Source: Anolis carolinensis (taxonomy: Eukaryota). Taken from it: a DNA stretch of 64,000 nt. This document shows, piece after piece, positions 24,601-34,756 of this stretch; the stretch's first letter is position 1, and each line of letters begins with the position of its first letter. Under the pieces are notes generated by a model, which saw nothing but the letters and a program-made list of their open reading frames with translations, was not told the origin of the DNA and did no database searches. A program made the translations under genes and the position numbers. Location: contig NC_085845.1 of the NCBI RefSeq assembly GCF_035594765.1, forward strand, positions 83,074,024 to 83,138,023, read 5' to 3'.

Positions 24601-26388
24601 CAAGTTAATATGGACGAGAAAGAGATGAAAAAGCTTCATCATGAGCTTCACAGACTCAGACACAGCAAGAAATATGAACCATTAACAGAGGATGAATTGA
24701 TTGTCTTGCAGAAAAAAGTAAAAGCTCAACATCTAGCTTTTGTTTTTATAAAGGATATAATCTGCCACCTTCTTTTCTCATCCTGCATTTTATCTGTTGC
24801 TTATTCCACAGAACCCACCACTAGCTTTTATTACAATAAAGCTATATATGAAAAATTTTCTCCTGGCCTGTCAAAAGTAAATAAGCTGGAACATATTTAC
24901 ATATGGATGAGCAATGTCTTTGTGCCACTGATACACAATGACTACCAACCAACTTATCTTTCAGAATCTTGGTCCAAAATACTCGGTTTACCCAGAATGA
25001 GGCAAATAAGGGCACAGAATACTGAAAAAACATGTTTTCCTCCACACAGCTTTGTAAATAAATATGAGATTAGTAAGAGCCACTGCCGCCAAAATTATTA
25101 TACCCATCCAGAAGATCAGCGTAACTACCTTGGATCATGGCTCATCCCAGCCACTGGGTCTGCTTCAAATCACATCAGCAATTTTCAAGGATTTACATAT
25201 GAATCTGACATTGAACAGTGGGAATATAAGTCATATGGTGTTTTAAATGCATATGGACCTGGAGGGTATTCTTTTTATTTCTTTCCACGAGAACAGCAGC
25301 CCAATACAACATTGAGACTGGTTGATTTGCAAAGAAACAGCTGGCTTGATGAGCGGACCTGGGCAGTGATTTTTGAATTAACAACATTTAATCCGGATGT
25401 AGATCTATATTGTAGCATCACTATCATATTTGAGACTAGCAATCTGGGTATTGTTAATGCAAGTTTGTCTGTTCATTCTTATAACCTCTCTGTTTTTTAC
25501 TATCAAAGCAACGCTCAGTTGTTTATATATGGACTTATGGCATATATTCTTGTTTTTTACCTTGCTGATGAATTTCACATGTTGCGTCAACAAAGAATAG
25601 GTTATCTCCAAACAGCAACTAACTTAAATAATTTTGCAATAAAAACCATCTGCTTGTTTTTTATATTGATAATTGCACTAAAATTTAAGTTGGCCCGTGA
25701 TTTGTTAGAGCTTCTTGTAAGTAACCCGGAAGAATTTATTCCCTTTCATGTAGTTTCTCAAGTTGATCAGCTCTATAGGATGGTTACCGGTGTTTTGGCC
25801 TTTCTTCTGATTTTAAAACCATACCGCTATTTCAGATTTTTATACAAAATGCGGTTGGCAGAAAAAGCTATGTCAGTTGCCTTTCCTGAGTTGGTTTATA
25901 TGACAATGTTCACAGCTCTACTGCTTTCTGCATATATGTTATTTGGTTATCTCATATTTGGTGAAAAAGAGTGGAATTATAATTCTTTGATTCATTCTCT
26001 CCAGACTGTAGTTTCATACTGCTTTTTTGGACAAAGAACAACTGGCGTTACATCTGACAGATGGTTGGGACTATTTTTCAGAGCTTCATTTACATTTGTA
26101 ATAATATTTATATGTCTCAATTTATGGAGAGCCCTAATAATCATTAATTATATGACAATGAAACACCCTGTCTATGAACAACATTCGGATGAAGCTGAAG
26201 CAATAAATTTTGTGGTTTTGAAGATTCGCCGTATGTGGCTTTCCATCACCAAGCCGGGATCATCTATAAGTGACAGTGATGTTACCAACACTTTTATTTT
26301 TGGAAAGCCTATAGCCAAGGGTGATAAACAGCGAGGGCTAAAAACCACACGGGTAGATGGCAAGAAAATGGTTTATCTTTCTGTTTGA
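18640..26388 (+). CDS. PKDREJ: PKDREJ-like polycystin-1-family protein, copy A (2582 aa, single exon)
   Basis: Signal-peptide-like N-terminus, REJ module (LDGSTSSDPDS...FNWYC), GPS-like W..C...W..HCIC, PLAT/LH2 (YTGSRLGSGTTADVF), polycystin TOP domain (LGLPRMRQIR, WLDERTWAV) and a multi-TM channel. C-terminus GKKMVYLSV; AATAAA at 26410. Confidence 0.93.
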   Translation: MHCPVFLFFLLRYSFWYTIAAPIHFLPPPLLVICTDPQHRVYQRHDTEHHLSCIWDWKMELKYSRNRGLDIEIGKPGMQVPPHCSWYRDSNLIENTNHWSGQVVMDMGLDEGGLHPPQAFSHITVQCKSAWCHAPTCAYNNLTIEISRQDVHLFLLSPQTLPIQEWQPVQLGWCARLKNVIWNYRFESPGGSPADHLIPSNQHNESLTPTLYPYAKLHQACASYYNYHVTVRYPHRGVYTASLHIENGPQLRRSLNVYVQPALLHVFSASSTLLSRTYMTVNLSWTLQPLSPRIMAYSLIDVQGLDQWSPRCNYNPFALQSDFCAAPKSWNSGGKVMASIYFRISEKISGQLKGEIRFSNKTVMFRESNANPTYLVLNPQKTKAGTYIFSHALGLYYSTQERKNTSATGGNSSFHYIFYQQQGLSYLLIIEFIQPQWYRFNIHLYLNRRETLFKALGEKDTEVQIFNGHSTDESLAYVLWFIPIQHPQLQCEWVFDLQLFDSGKEHLLWNSTYTYGNHVKNATLLLSHSVSFFKPSLYAGFVAKVNCRKSGLVHAVLKASVNTYSSEMRELNVACQKSYCHNLIATIHKPNSFQSVIQYRRMSAVSLQSTAKAECRTSSVIHILWKIYSLKTALSIPDWSHPLKLPNEITTDSVIFHMPRNVLYYGFYYVNVTMTVFLPAYNINITESDSILLQILESDLVANIIGGSFRTVGVSDHWTLDGSTSSDPDSHNPLEGITFNWYCTKRELDYSTMRLSPDEKCHPTQVDLNWTPSIDPVQIVEPNTLQENTKYYFTLIILKQNRSARTLQTVHVLHGSVPVLNITCFENCEKTIKTTESFVLSARCLNCEKSQSVYFWTLLSANSKEIQFDWASKTTTGRSNPSIHINPLAFRYMTDKYYTLSLKVNSQGKSTAVYTYSFYVNAPPQTGKCNIYPKKGTAFLTKFVIQCTGFEDKDGPLTYKVIAHSDLTKMTNISSLQNNKFGTILYTGYHHKTPPSFLPSGTPSKKYALEICVQVYDAYGVFSQVTLQAIVHDPRRSKPADIILSELYNLTSGINSYLEMKDYFNIGFLIYVASSVLNDIEASPLTYDSKNDLREILLNASSRIPMNEVGKINQIVSIICQITQNVNKISRRLQLLAVRKLKEASEALKGHRDKDLGSKEAEIISNGIFTGLSNVVRASLLNHRNTNINAVKEAIQVTEIVADLVLQGKVPGERKTSIEAKDWSIHLWKNEKWELSKIISQRLHCRNCLYLKLKQEKYTELPADAVISTLHYVFKENPFSWLPNSGDIHTVVTGFKMLAVTANGDIIGINPEVTEFIMDKNDKKSAAFNLTIGPDKKLYKTTGGFNIEIKKGSKHVFIQILCDIDVTFTVSIYLGLNVSHPPIASYIAFPDKDPIPHQMDSATTDCAVKAPYMLCLPQSLLSSLSGNRRRKWNISVVVQSELIVRHQTTKVVRIAVFTADCLVLNGIQNQWEEGTCRLGSHTSWSKIHCICEAKKHNTTITTTTSRQLLIDSDPHIRFLAGKFALYPNPLDINKIILAEFDANPVPLFTVFSIFAGYIFFTTWATIKDKADLKRKNKILVLPDNDPYHKVRYLITIYTGSRLGSGTTADVFVELTGENGVSDIHCIKHPQFPTLFRASVDTFLLTTKYELGDILSLHIWHNNGGSSPNWYLSRVKVYNVQTKKSWLFICRNWLGLGKADGKIERLFPAKHAHSSLNKMDYFFISLAKDLEETHVWLSVFSQVVTGSFTRVQRVSCCLVIMLINLLFNIMFFSAVEEKELTSRRQRYMKSLYIGFVSALFSIPIQLTITWLFKYSQEKPSVSTKGESGLKQILPSLSETSPNDNTSSSPEMLSMKKHHVNFSNINASNNDAKDKDAETNEAEHRTVHAEFLFFFQTPKFPWWWRYVSWVLIFIISVVSSFFIILYGLTYGYTTTMEWFIASMTSFFESVFLLQTLKMCLISAVSTITLKFCESIPWKSTEQYLQMKLVQVNMDEKEMKKLHHELHRLRHSKKYEPLTEDELIVLQKKVKAQHLAFVFIKDIICHLLFSSCILSVAYSTEPTTSFYYNKAIYEKFSPGLSKVNKLEHIYIWMSNVFVPLIHNDYQPTYLSESWSKILGLPRMRQIRAQNTEKTCFPPHSFVNKYEISKSHCRQNYYTHPEDQRNYLGSWLIPATGSASNHISNFQGFTYESDIEQWEYKSYGVLNAYGPGGYSFYFFPREQQPNTTLRLVDLQRNSWLDERTWAVIFELTTFNPDVDLYCSITIIFETSNLGIVNASLSVHSYNLSVFYYQSNAQLFIYGLMAYILVFYLADEFHMLRQQRIGYLQTATNLNNFAIKTICLFFILIIALKFKLARDLLELLVSNPEEFIPFHVVSQVDQLYRMVTGVLAFLLILKPYRYFRFLYKMRLAEKAMSVAFPELVYMTMFTALLLSAYMLFGYLIFGEKEWNYNSLIHSLQTVVSYCFFGQRTTGVTSDRWLGLFFRASFTFVIIFICLNLWRALIIINYMTMKHPVYEQHSDEAEAINFVVLKIRRMWLSITKPGSSISDSDVTNTFIFGKPIAKGDKQRGLKTTRVDGKKMVYLSV

Positions 26389-27026
26389 GAAAGGTAGTGA
26401 TAAACACTAAATAAATGTGATTATAATTCCGTCACAAGCTGATCTCAGTAGAGTTTTTATACTAATACTATCGTGGGATATTCAATTCCCCTCATTGCTG
26501 TTTCCACCTCTGACGATTTTCTATGTCCTCTTAGTATACAAAGGGATCTTGTAGCAGCTTAGAAGCTAACTTAAAGCAATTGTGGCATATGTTTTTGTAC
26601 CCATAAGGCTCATCTACACCAGCTGTTTAGCTTGGTGTCAATGTGTCCTGAAGCAGCCCCAGATCCAACATATTTTTTCTGTATCTGGGCCCTGGTTTAC
26701 ACAACCATGGAGCACAGCACTTCTCTGAGGCAATATAAAACCTACCTTCTCCGTGTCACCACCACTGCTGCTCCTAGTGGGTCATGGAGCTCAATTAGTT
26801 ACTCCTGGGTTATGGTGGTTGCCTCTGGTAACATCAGAACTGGGTGCCTGTATGATAAGGAAGAAGAAGGGGACAATTCCTCTTTTTCCTGATTCCACAA
26901 GGGCCTTCTTCTAAGATTGGCAGAGTTGTCCATGCAACTAGGAAGAAGGAGGAGGGTTGTGTGTGTATCTCTGCCAATAGCAGGACAGAGCACCCACATT
27001 ATCGGGAAGAAGGGGGACTGCAATCA

Positions 27027-27600
27027 GGCCTGTAGTCAGAAAAAAATTGGGAGAGGTTGAAACTTTTCCCCCTGATATGATTTTTCAGGCCAGTGTCTCC
27101 TGGTCTGGCATGAAATCTCAACAAGGCCCTGAAATTACCCCCATTGTGCAAAAGTTCTTCGCAGGTAATAGATCCTGAATCTTTGCTCCCTCTCAAAGCC
27201 AGTTCTTTTTGGCCACAAAGGACAATAGTTTCCACAACTGGTAGAAGTTTCTTTCTGTTTTCTTCTTTCTTCTTATTTCCTTTATCATTAAAACGTTTTC
27301 CCCTGTGAATTAGCACAAAATTTTCAGCCAAACACAAGTTGTTCTGATGGTATTGTGTTTTGATGTCTATTGAAGACTTCTATTGCATTTTCCATTGCAC
27401 AAATAACTTAGCAACCAATATACCAAGCTTTTGATGACCACCTTTACCCACAACTTCACCAAACACCATACCATACTTGTAGAATGCACCTTGTACATGA
27501 AATGAGTAGACCAACCAGGAAAATTTGCTTAACCATTTGGGTTGAAGGAGAGGTACTTCTGAATTTCAATCAGATCCTCCCATGGGATACCTTTTTGGGC
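27027..27600 (-). mobile_element. Degraded hAT transposase fragment (THAP12/PRKRIR-ZMYM-like)
   Basis: Peptide ENRKKLLPVVETIVLCGQKELALRG...GNFRALLRF is typical of this hAT group; reading frames are broken. Confidence 0.65.
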
Positions 27601-28664
27601 CTTTTTTAAGGAGATTTTATTTCTAGAAACTTTAAGAATTTCCAAAAAAATCAGGAGATGACCCAAATGTTTTGAAACTTGGGGGGCTGGCAATGGCACA
27701 TATGTCCTCCAAGAGTGGCCATTTTCATCCCAATAGCCCTAAAAATGACAAAAAGGGAAGCCTCGAAATTTTTCCCATTGCTGCCAATGGGCTAGATCTT
27801 CCCGGAGCTAAAATTGATCTTCTGGCTGCCAGAAGCATTTCACCCTCCCAAATTCGGGAAGCTCCCAAAAACAGAACGGGGGGGGGGGGGAATTGGGACA
27901 CTGGAAACAGCATGGGGTTTTCCCAAATTGCACACCCCTAAATCACATTAACTGAATCGGGGTGGGATGGGGACAAAATTGGTAATAGTAAAAGGTTTCT
28001 GTATGCCATCTAGTATCTTAGATTACATGAATCTGTTAGTAACAAGATACAGCAAATGCTTCAGCTGTACATCATAAAAAGAGGAAAATAACCATGCCCT
28101 TTTTGCAAGCCTTGCAAATGCTGATTTTGCAGTCACTCAGGAGCTATTGGAAAATAGCAGGACATTAGACAAACAAATGGGATAAAATATAAACCATTAT
28201 GGCTTAATTTAGGAGCAATTCCAAATTTTCAAACGATATTTAAAATAATACCAAACTTGTTTAATTCTGTACCATATATTACCTTGATCATAGATGGAAA
28301 GGTACAAAACTTTTTAAAATTAGAAGGCTTTTATAAAGGAAACTGGTTTAGATTAATTGCCATTCGTTGTTTCCTTTTATCAATATCTACCTGTGCTCTT
28401 AACCCTTTCCAAAGCCAGAAGACATTCTTCAATTCACCCCACTGCTATAGATCTCTAAGGCATAACAAAGTGTCCTGTATTGGGTTTGCTAGCTCTATAA
28501 TGTAGATTTTTAGGGTGTCAGAATGTAGGAACATAGGGAGTTTACCAATTTTGGCAGAAGTGCAGGATTCATCACACCACTGGATCCAGACCTATATTTT
28601 CTCATATTCTTGTCCTAATATCACTCCTCCTAAACTAATTCCACGTTATAAAAATCTGATTCTA

Positions 28665-28665
<1 letters not shown>

Positions 28666-28704
<39 letters not shown>

Positions 28705-28866
28705 GACACAGCAAACAAGATAGAAATGCTGGGCTTCGTATCACAAAATCACAAGTCGAACACTTCCCAAGTGTCTAGGACTGTGTGATGTATTTTCGAA
28801 TGATGCGTGCAGATCCCAGCAGGGTGGCCTTTTGCAGTTGGCAGATCGTAATTTTGTCACTGTCTA

Positions 28867-28912
<46 letters not shown>

Positions 28913-28925
28913 GTTATTATTATTT
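28666..28925 (-). mobile_element. R4/Dong-clade LINE 3' end embedded in (TAA)n microsatellite
   Basis: Minus strand encodes ...ICQLQKATLLGSARIIRKYITQS*, a restriction-like endonuclease C-terminus. (TTA)n lies on both sides. Confidence 0.7.
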
Positions 28926-29616
28926 CTTACTCATCTCTCCCCATGGCTCAAGGCAGGGCACAACACAGCTAAAAATACATAATCATAAAAATATTATATA
29001 CTGTAAAATACACATGTTAAAATGTTTTTTCTATGAAATACATATATTAAAATACACAGAACAAAGATTAAAATACAGTAAATTCATAGTCAAAACTGAC
29101 TGGATAGAGCTGTCGTAAGAAATAGATCTTCAGATGTGTTTCAAGCATCCCCCAGGGGACCTCAGTGTCTGGGGCGAACTGTACAGGAGAAGGAAATTCT
29201 GTAGGTAACCTGGACCCAAACCATGTAGGGCTTTAAAGGTCACAACCAACACCTTGTACTTTGCCTGGAATCTAATTCACAGCCATTGGTTCAGGATAAT
29301 CCAAATAATTTCTCCTTTTATTTATTTATTTATTCGCTACATTTTATGCCGCCCTTCTCACCCCGAAGGGGACTCAGACAAATTAAATTTACATACAATA
29401 TTATATTAGCGTAGTACAATACTGGTAATAAATTACTATATTGTACTGTATCAATATATTGTAATATTATTAGTAATATTACATGTAAAATATAATATAT
29501 AATTAATATATTATATTGTATTATTAGTATTATATCGTATTACAATATAATATTATGAATATTATATGTATATACAATATGTTATAATTATTATATATTA
29601 TTGTAAATTATATTGT

Positions 29617-29638
29617 GTATATATATATATATATATAA

Positions 29639-29696
<58 letters not shown>
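29617..29696. repeat. Compound (TA)n(CA)n(TA)n microsatellite
   Basis: Read directly. Confidence 0.95.
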
Positions 29697-29698
<2 letters not shown>

Positions 29699-29726
29699 AA
29701 CTAGCATAGCATGTTATTGCGGGGAG

Positions 29727-29866
29727 GGGCCTCCAGCTGATGCAAAGAGACAAGATGAAACTCTCTTCATGGCTCCCTCTTAGCTCTGGCACCCCAGCGT
29801 CAGCTGGAGATGGTGGGAGGGGCCTCAGCTGATGCAAAGAGACAAGATGAAACACTCTTCATGGCT
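29727..29866. repeat. ~47-bp direct duplication (GGGGCCTC..AGCTGATGCAAAGAGACAAGATGAAA..CTCTTCATGGCTC)
   Basis: Two near-identical copies about 92 bp apart. Confidence 0.85.
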
Positions 29867-30074
29867 CTCTTTTGAGACATCCCATCAATTGGACTGTTTT
29901 TTATGCAGAGGTTTAACATATGGTGATTATTTTTTTTAAATACCAAGCTATAAATAAGTAGTGATAACATACTGAATATCAATACATTTTGTCTAGTCTA
30001 GTTTCTCTGTGAATTCTAATGCAATTGTAATTTGACTATAAGTTCTAATGCAACTGGTTTGTTAAAAGCTTACT

Positions 30075-30704
30075 GGGCAGGAAGGTTGGGGTAGCAGGGC
30101 ACCCTCCAGGCCACCATGGCATTGGAAGGGCTTCTTCCTCCCAGAAGCCCCCTCTGCAGCGTGAGAAGTTCCCGCCAGCTGGGAGGCCCGGCGAATCAGT
30201 GGTGGCCCCCGCTCAAACCCTGATTGGCCAGGCGGCCACCCTTACAATCCCCTGGCAGTCTCAAAAAGCTGCGAAAGGCCACACCAAGCAGCTGACCTTT
30301 CTGGTGTCCCAGCCCACCCACCCTCTATATATGTTGTTCAAGTTTCATTGTTGTTGTTGAGCATTGTTCCTTTGTCACAACTATATGGCATGTGGCATGG
30401 GCCCTGGATCTGACTTGCTTATCCCCCCCCCCCCCCCAAATTGGAGGAGGGGAAGCCCGGTGATTCTCCAGGGGTGCAATTGTGTCAGGATCCCGGTATT
30501 GGGTCGGTCGGTAACAGCAGCACCCTCTGGAGTGGTTAAGTGGTATCAGGCAGCAGTGGGCTGCTGGATCTCCAAATCCAGGACCCATGCATGGCTGCCA
30601 ACCCCGAGTCTCTTCTGTAAGCAATGAACAAGTTGTGGCCGTTTGTTATCCCAGCACAGTGTGTGTCTCATCTTTGGATTTGCTGGCGGGAGACTCTTGT
30701 CACA
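30075..30704 (+). mobile_element. Possible solo LTR
   Basis: GC-rich block with a TATA-like CTATATA at ~30325. It ends GACTCTTGTCACA, similar to the end at 992. The left boundary is uncertain. Confidence 0.35.
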
Positions 30705-30894
30705 CATGCCCTTGCAAACTCTTATTAAGTTTAATTCCTAATGACAGTTCTTTATTGCAAAGTGTAAAAGTATGTTGAAATAGAAATGTTTTGATTAAGG
30801 AAAAGGTAATGTTCTGCAAGGGGCCACAGTGGCACAGCAGGTTAAACCACTGAGCTGCTGAACTTCCTGATTGGAAGGAAGGCAGTTCGAATCT

Positions 30895-33720
30895 TACCCA
30901 AACAGTCAGTCAATTAGAGAGAAAAATCATCTTAGGCATGTCTCATCGAATTGATTCAATGAAGAATGCCCTCCAAAAAAGAAGAAATTCTAAAAAAATC
31001 CTACATAGCCTTTAGACAAAATGGACGAGAGTCACTTCTAATAAACTACAACAGGCAGAAAAAAGAATACAAAGCCCTATTGCTTCACAAAAAAAGCAAT
31101 GTAGATTAAAAGTGTGGTCCACCTTGCTCGAAGCATAACAAAAAAAAAAAAAAAGACTCCAGACTTTTCTGGCACCTCATTTCAGGTGCGCTTAACCCCC
31201 ACTCCCTCTCAACCAGTCAGCAGCTACCATAGTTGGTCTGTGAAAACTATTTCAGAGGCCTCTTCTCTGGAAATAACCCAACCACCCTGCATCACCCCAA
31301 CCCCTCAGATCTCCCACTCGTAGGTGCCCCAAAGTGGCGTGCAGTTACACCAGAGGAGATGGCTAAACTCATCTCACAACTCAAAAATGGCAAAGCCTTA
31401 GGAAATGATTTTATTCCAGCAGAATTTATAAAATCAAATATTCAGTGGTGGGGCCCATTACTGGCTGCTCTTTTCACCCAAATAAATTATTCAGGAAAAC
31501 TCCCAGAGAGTTGGAAACAGGCAATTACAGTTCCAATATATAAGACAGGCGCTCCAAAAGAGCCTGGTAACTATAGACCGATCAGCCTGCTTTCCATCCC
31601 AGGCAAACTGTATGCACGATTCCTTTGCAAGAAACTGACGAAGGAATTGGAGGCAAACAAAACTCTCTCAGATGCACAGGCGGCCTTCAGGAAAAACTCA
31701 TCCACTATGGACCATAGCTTAATTCTCTTACATTGCAGAGAAATACCATAAAATACTGAAAGGCAAATTCTTCATGGCCTTCATGGATTTAAAAGCAGCA
31801 TTTGATTCTGTCTCCTGACTCAGATTATTTGATTATGTCTCCAGAAGCTAGAAAAGTGCCTAACCGATAGTAGACTACTCTTCCTCATCAAAGAATTATA
31901 TAGAGACAGCCACTTACAAGTTAGATGTGGTCCCCAGGGCCAAATTTCTAAGCCAATTCAAATGATCAGAGGGGTCAGGCAGGGTTGTATCTTAGCTCCT
32001 ACCTTGTTTAACATATTCCTAAATGACCTAGAAGAAGTCATGAAGGATCCATAAGGACACCTTCCCAGCTTGGGCACAGAAAAAATGGAATGCAAAGATA
32101 CAGAATGGGGGACTCCTGGCTCGACAGCAGTACGTGTGAAAAAGATCTTGGAGTCCTTGTGGACAACAAGTTAAATATGAGCCTACAATGTGATGCGGCT
32201 GCTAAAAAGCCAACAGGATTCTGGCCTGCATAAATAGAGGTATAGCATCTAGATCCAGGGAAGTCATGCTACCCCTCTATTCTGCCATGGTCAGACCACA
32301 TCTGGAATATTGTGTCCAATTCTGGGCACCGCAATTGAAGGGAGATGTTGACAAGCTGGAAAACGTCCAGAGGAGGGCAACTAAAATGATCAAGGGTCTG
32401 GAGAACAAGCCCTATGAGGAGCGGTTTAAAGAACTAGGCATGTTTAGCCTGCAGAAGAGAAGACGGAGAGGAGACATGATAGCCATGTACAAATACGTGA
32501 AGGGAAGTCATAGGGAGGAGGGAGCAAGCTTGTTTTCTGCTGCCCTGCAGACTAGGACACGGAACAATGGCTTCAAACTACAGGAAAAGAGATTCCACCT
32601 GAACATCAGGAAGAATTTCCTCACTGTGAGGGCAGTGGAACTCTCTCCCCCGGACTGTGGTGGAGGCTCCTTCTTTGGAGGCTTTTAAGCAGAGACTGGA
32701 TGGCCATCTGTCGGGGGTGCTTTGAATGCGATTTCCTGCTTCTTGGCAGGGGGTTGGACTGGATGGCCCATGTGGTCTCTTCCAATTCTACTATTCTATG
32801 ATTCTATGATTCTATAAGGAGAGATCCCATTCTGCTTTATGCAGATGATACAGCCATCCTGTCCAGATCCAGACCAGGGCTCCTACATCAACTCAAGATA
32901 TTTACAGATTATTGCAAAACTAACAAGCTAAATATCAATTTTAGCAAATCAAAAGATCTTGTTTTTGAATGCAAATACACAAAATACAAATGGTCTACTG
33001 GAAAAATTCCTTTAGAGCAGGTAAAAAGCTTCCAGTACCTGGGACTCACCTTCCACCATACACTATCATGGAAAGAACACAGAGAAACAGTGACCCAAAA
33101 AGCTAAGGCCAGCTGAGCTGTCATACTAAGATTTTACTGGTTTCAAAATGGCACAGAAATTACTAAAGCAACAGTTGAAGGACATTGCCCTGAGAGAGCT
33201 CAGAGCTCGCTCAGATTCACCATGTTCCCCTAGGGCTCTGAACTTACCATACACTGTGCCATTTAAGTTATGTAATTATCTTAACAGTCTCACAGTGTCT
33301 AATTACCGAAGACTCCTCACAAAAGTGAGGCTAATGTACTTGCATCAGAGCTGCTAAATGGCAGACTATCTGGTATCCCCTACTCCCAAAGATTATGCCC
33401 GTGCGGTGGAAATGAAATAGAATAATTAGAACACATCTTGTTGCAGTGCTGCTGTTACTCAGCTCAGCGAGGTCAACTCATACACCCAATCCTGACCCGG
33501 TTGTCTGACCATGCCCCGCAAGGGAAGGTCAGATATCTTATGGAGGATAAGCACCATGATGTGACCCTCACAGTGGAAAAGTTCCTTGCAGTGTCATCAA
33601 AGCTGATCAGGTCATTACCTGACTTTGTGTCGTATGTGTCTGTTTAGAACACTTCCCAGATTTTGAATGTTCTGTAAACTCTTGTATGTTATCCACTTAA
33701 CAGCTGCGGGTCCATGGACT
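30895..33720 (+). mobile_element. Degraded RTE-X-like non-LTR retrotransposon (RT plus C-terminal CCHC), interrupted by CR1
   Basis: NYRPISLLS, DLKAAFDSV, GVRQGCILAP, LLYADD and RLCPCG...EHILLQC motifs across stops and frameshifts. Confidence 0.75.
32080..32815 (+). mobile_element. CR1 LINE 3' fragment
   Basis: [19 protein letters not shown]...VQRRATKMI and an (ATTCTATG)n tail. It splits the host RT just before YADD. Confidence 0.92.
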
Positions 33721-33724
33721 GTAA

Positions 33725-34140
33725 TATTTATTTATTTATTTATTTATTTATTTATTACAATATTTATATCCCGCCCTTCTCACCCAACAGGGGACTCAGG
33801 GCGGCTTACAATAAAACGCATATATAAAAATTGTACAATACACTATAAATCAGTTAAAAAATTAACTTACATCGGACATTCATAAACGCATTATAAAATA
33901 CAGATAGGCGTGTTCAAGTTTAAAAGACTGGGTCAGTCAATTGAGTTCCAGCGTACATAATAGTAATTAACGCTGCTAATTGTTATTCGAAAGCCTGGCC
34001 CCACAACCAAGTTTTAACCTTCCTACGGAAGGATAGGAGGGAGGGAGCCTGCCTGACTTCACTGGGGAGGGCGTTCCATAGGCGGGGAGCCACTACTGAA
34101 AAGGCCCTGTCTCTAGTCCCCGCCAGCTGCACTTGTGATA
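33725..34140 (-). mobile_element. L2-clade LINE 3' fragment
   Basis: Same 3' end and (TAAA)n tail as 6402-6901. Confidence 0.75.
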
Positions 34141-34653
34141 AAGTGTGTGTGTGTGTATATATATAGAGAGAGAGAGTGTGTGTGTGTGTAACAGAGGCAA
34201 CACATACTCAATTTCACAGCTTTTTGTGTCCTTATCTTGTTCTGCTTCTTGTTTCAAAATCCGTTGAATAAATTCTTCTACTATGGAAGGGGATCCCCCA
34301 AATTTGGCTTGGCTGCATTCTACCCCTGCCAAGCCGTGTTGCTTGGGAGTGAAAAATATATGGTACACCATCTCTTCCTGTATGCTCTCGTGCTAAGGTC
34401 AACATGATCAGGCATCCACCAATTATTTCTTCTACTTCATTTTATTCTACCAGGCAGGTATGTTAGTTAGAAGTTGAACTTATAAATCACCAAATATTCA
34501 CAAAAGGTGAAAAATACATCTGGATAGTATAGATATAAGAAGATCATTTAAACCCAGAAGAAAATTATACAGAAGAGCTCTGAAGAGGAGTATGGAATCC
34601 TTGGAGAGAAGGATGTGTAAGACATTCTATGACCATATTGCCAATGGACATTG

Positions 34654-34720
34654 ATTGCTCAAGGGAAAGACTCTAGAATCCACTCAGATTCTTCCACCAT
34701 GTTGCTAGGAAACAGCCGTT
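34654..34720 (+). promoter_or_regulatory. Putative proximal promoter module of PKDREJ-like B
   Basis: TCTAGAAT at 34672-34679 and X-box-like GTTGCTAGGAAAC at 34701-34713. Confidence 0.5.
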
Positions 34721-34756
34721 GTTGTTGTTGAGCCAGGTTTCTTTACCATACCAAAG

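Noticed and set aside
26999-27337. ORF resembling the host gene THAP12/PRKRIR
   Set aside because: It is a short broken fragment without a THAP domain or exon structure, so it is better read as a hAT transposase relic.
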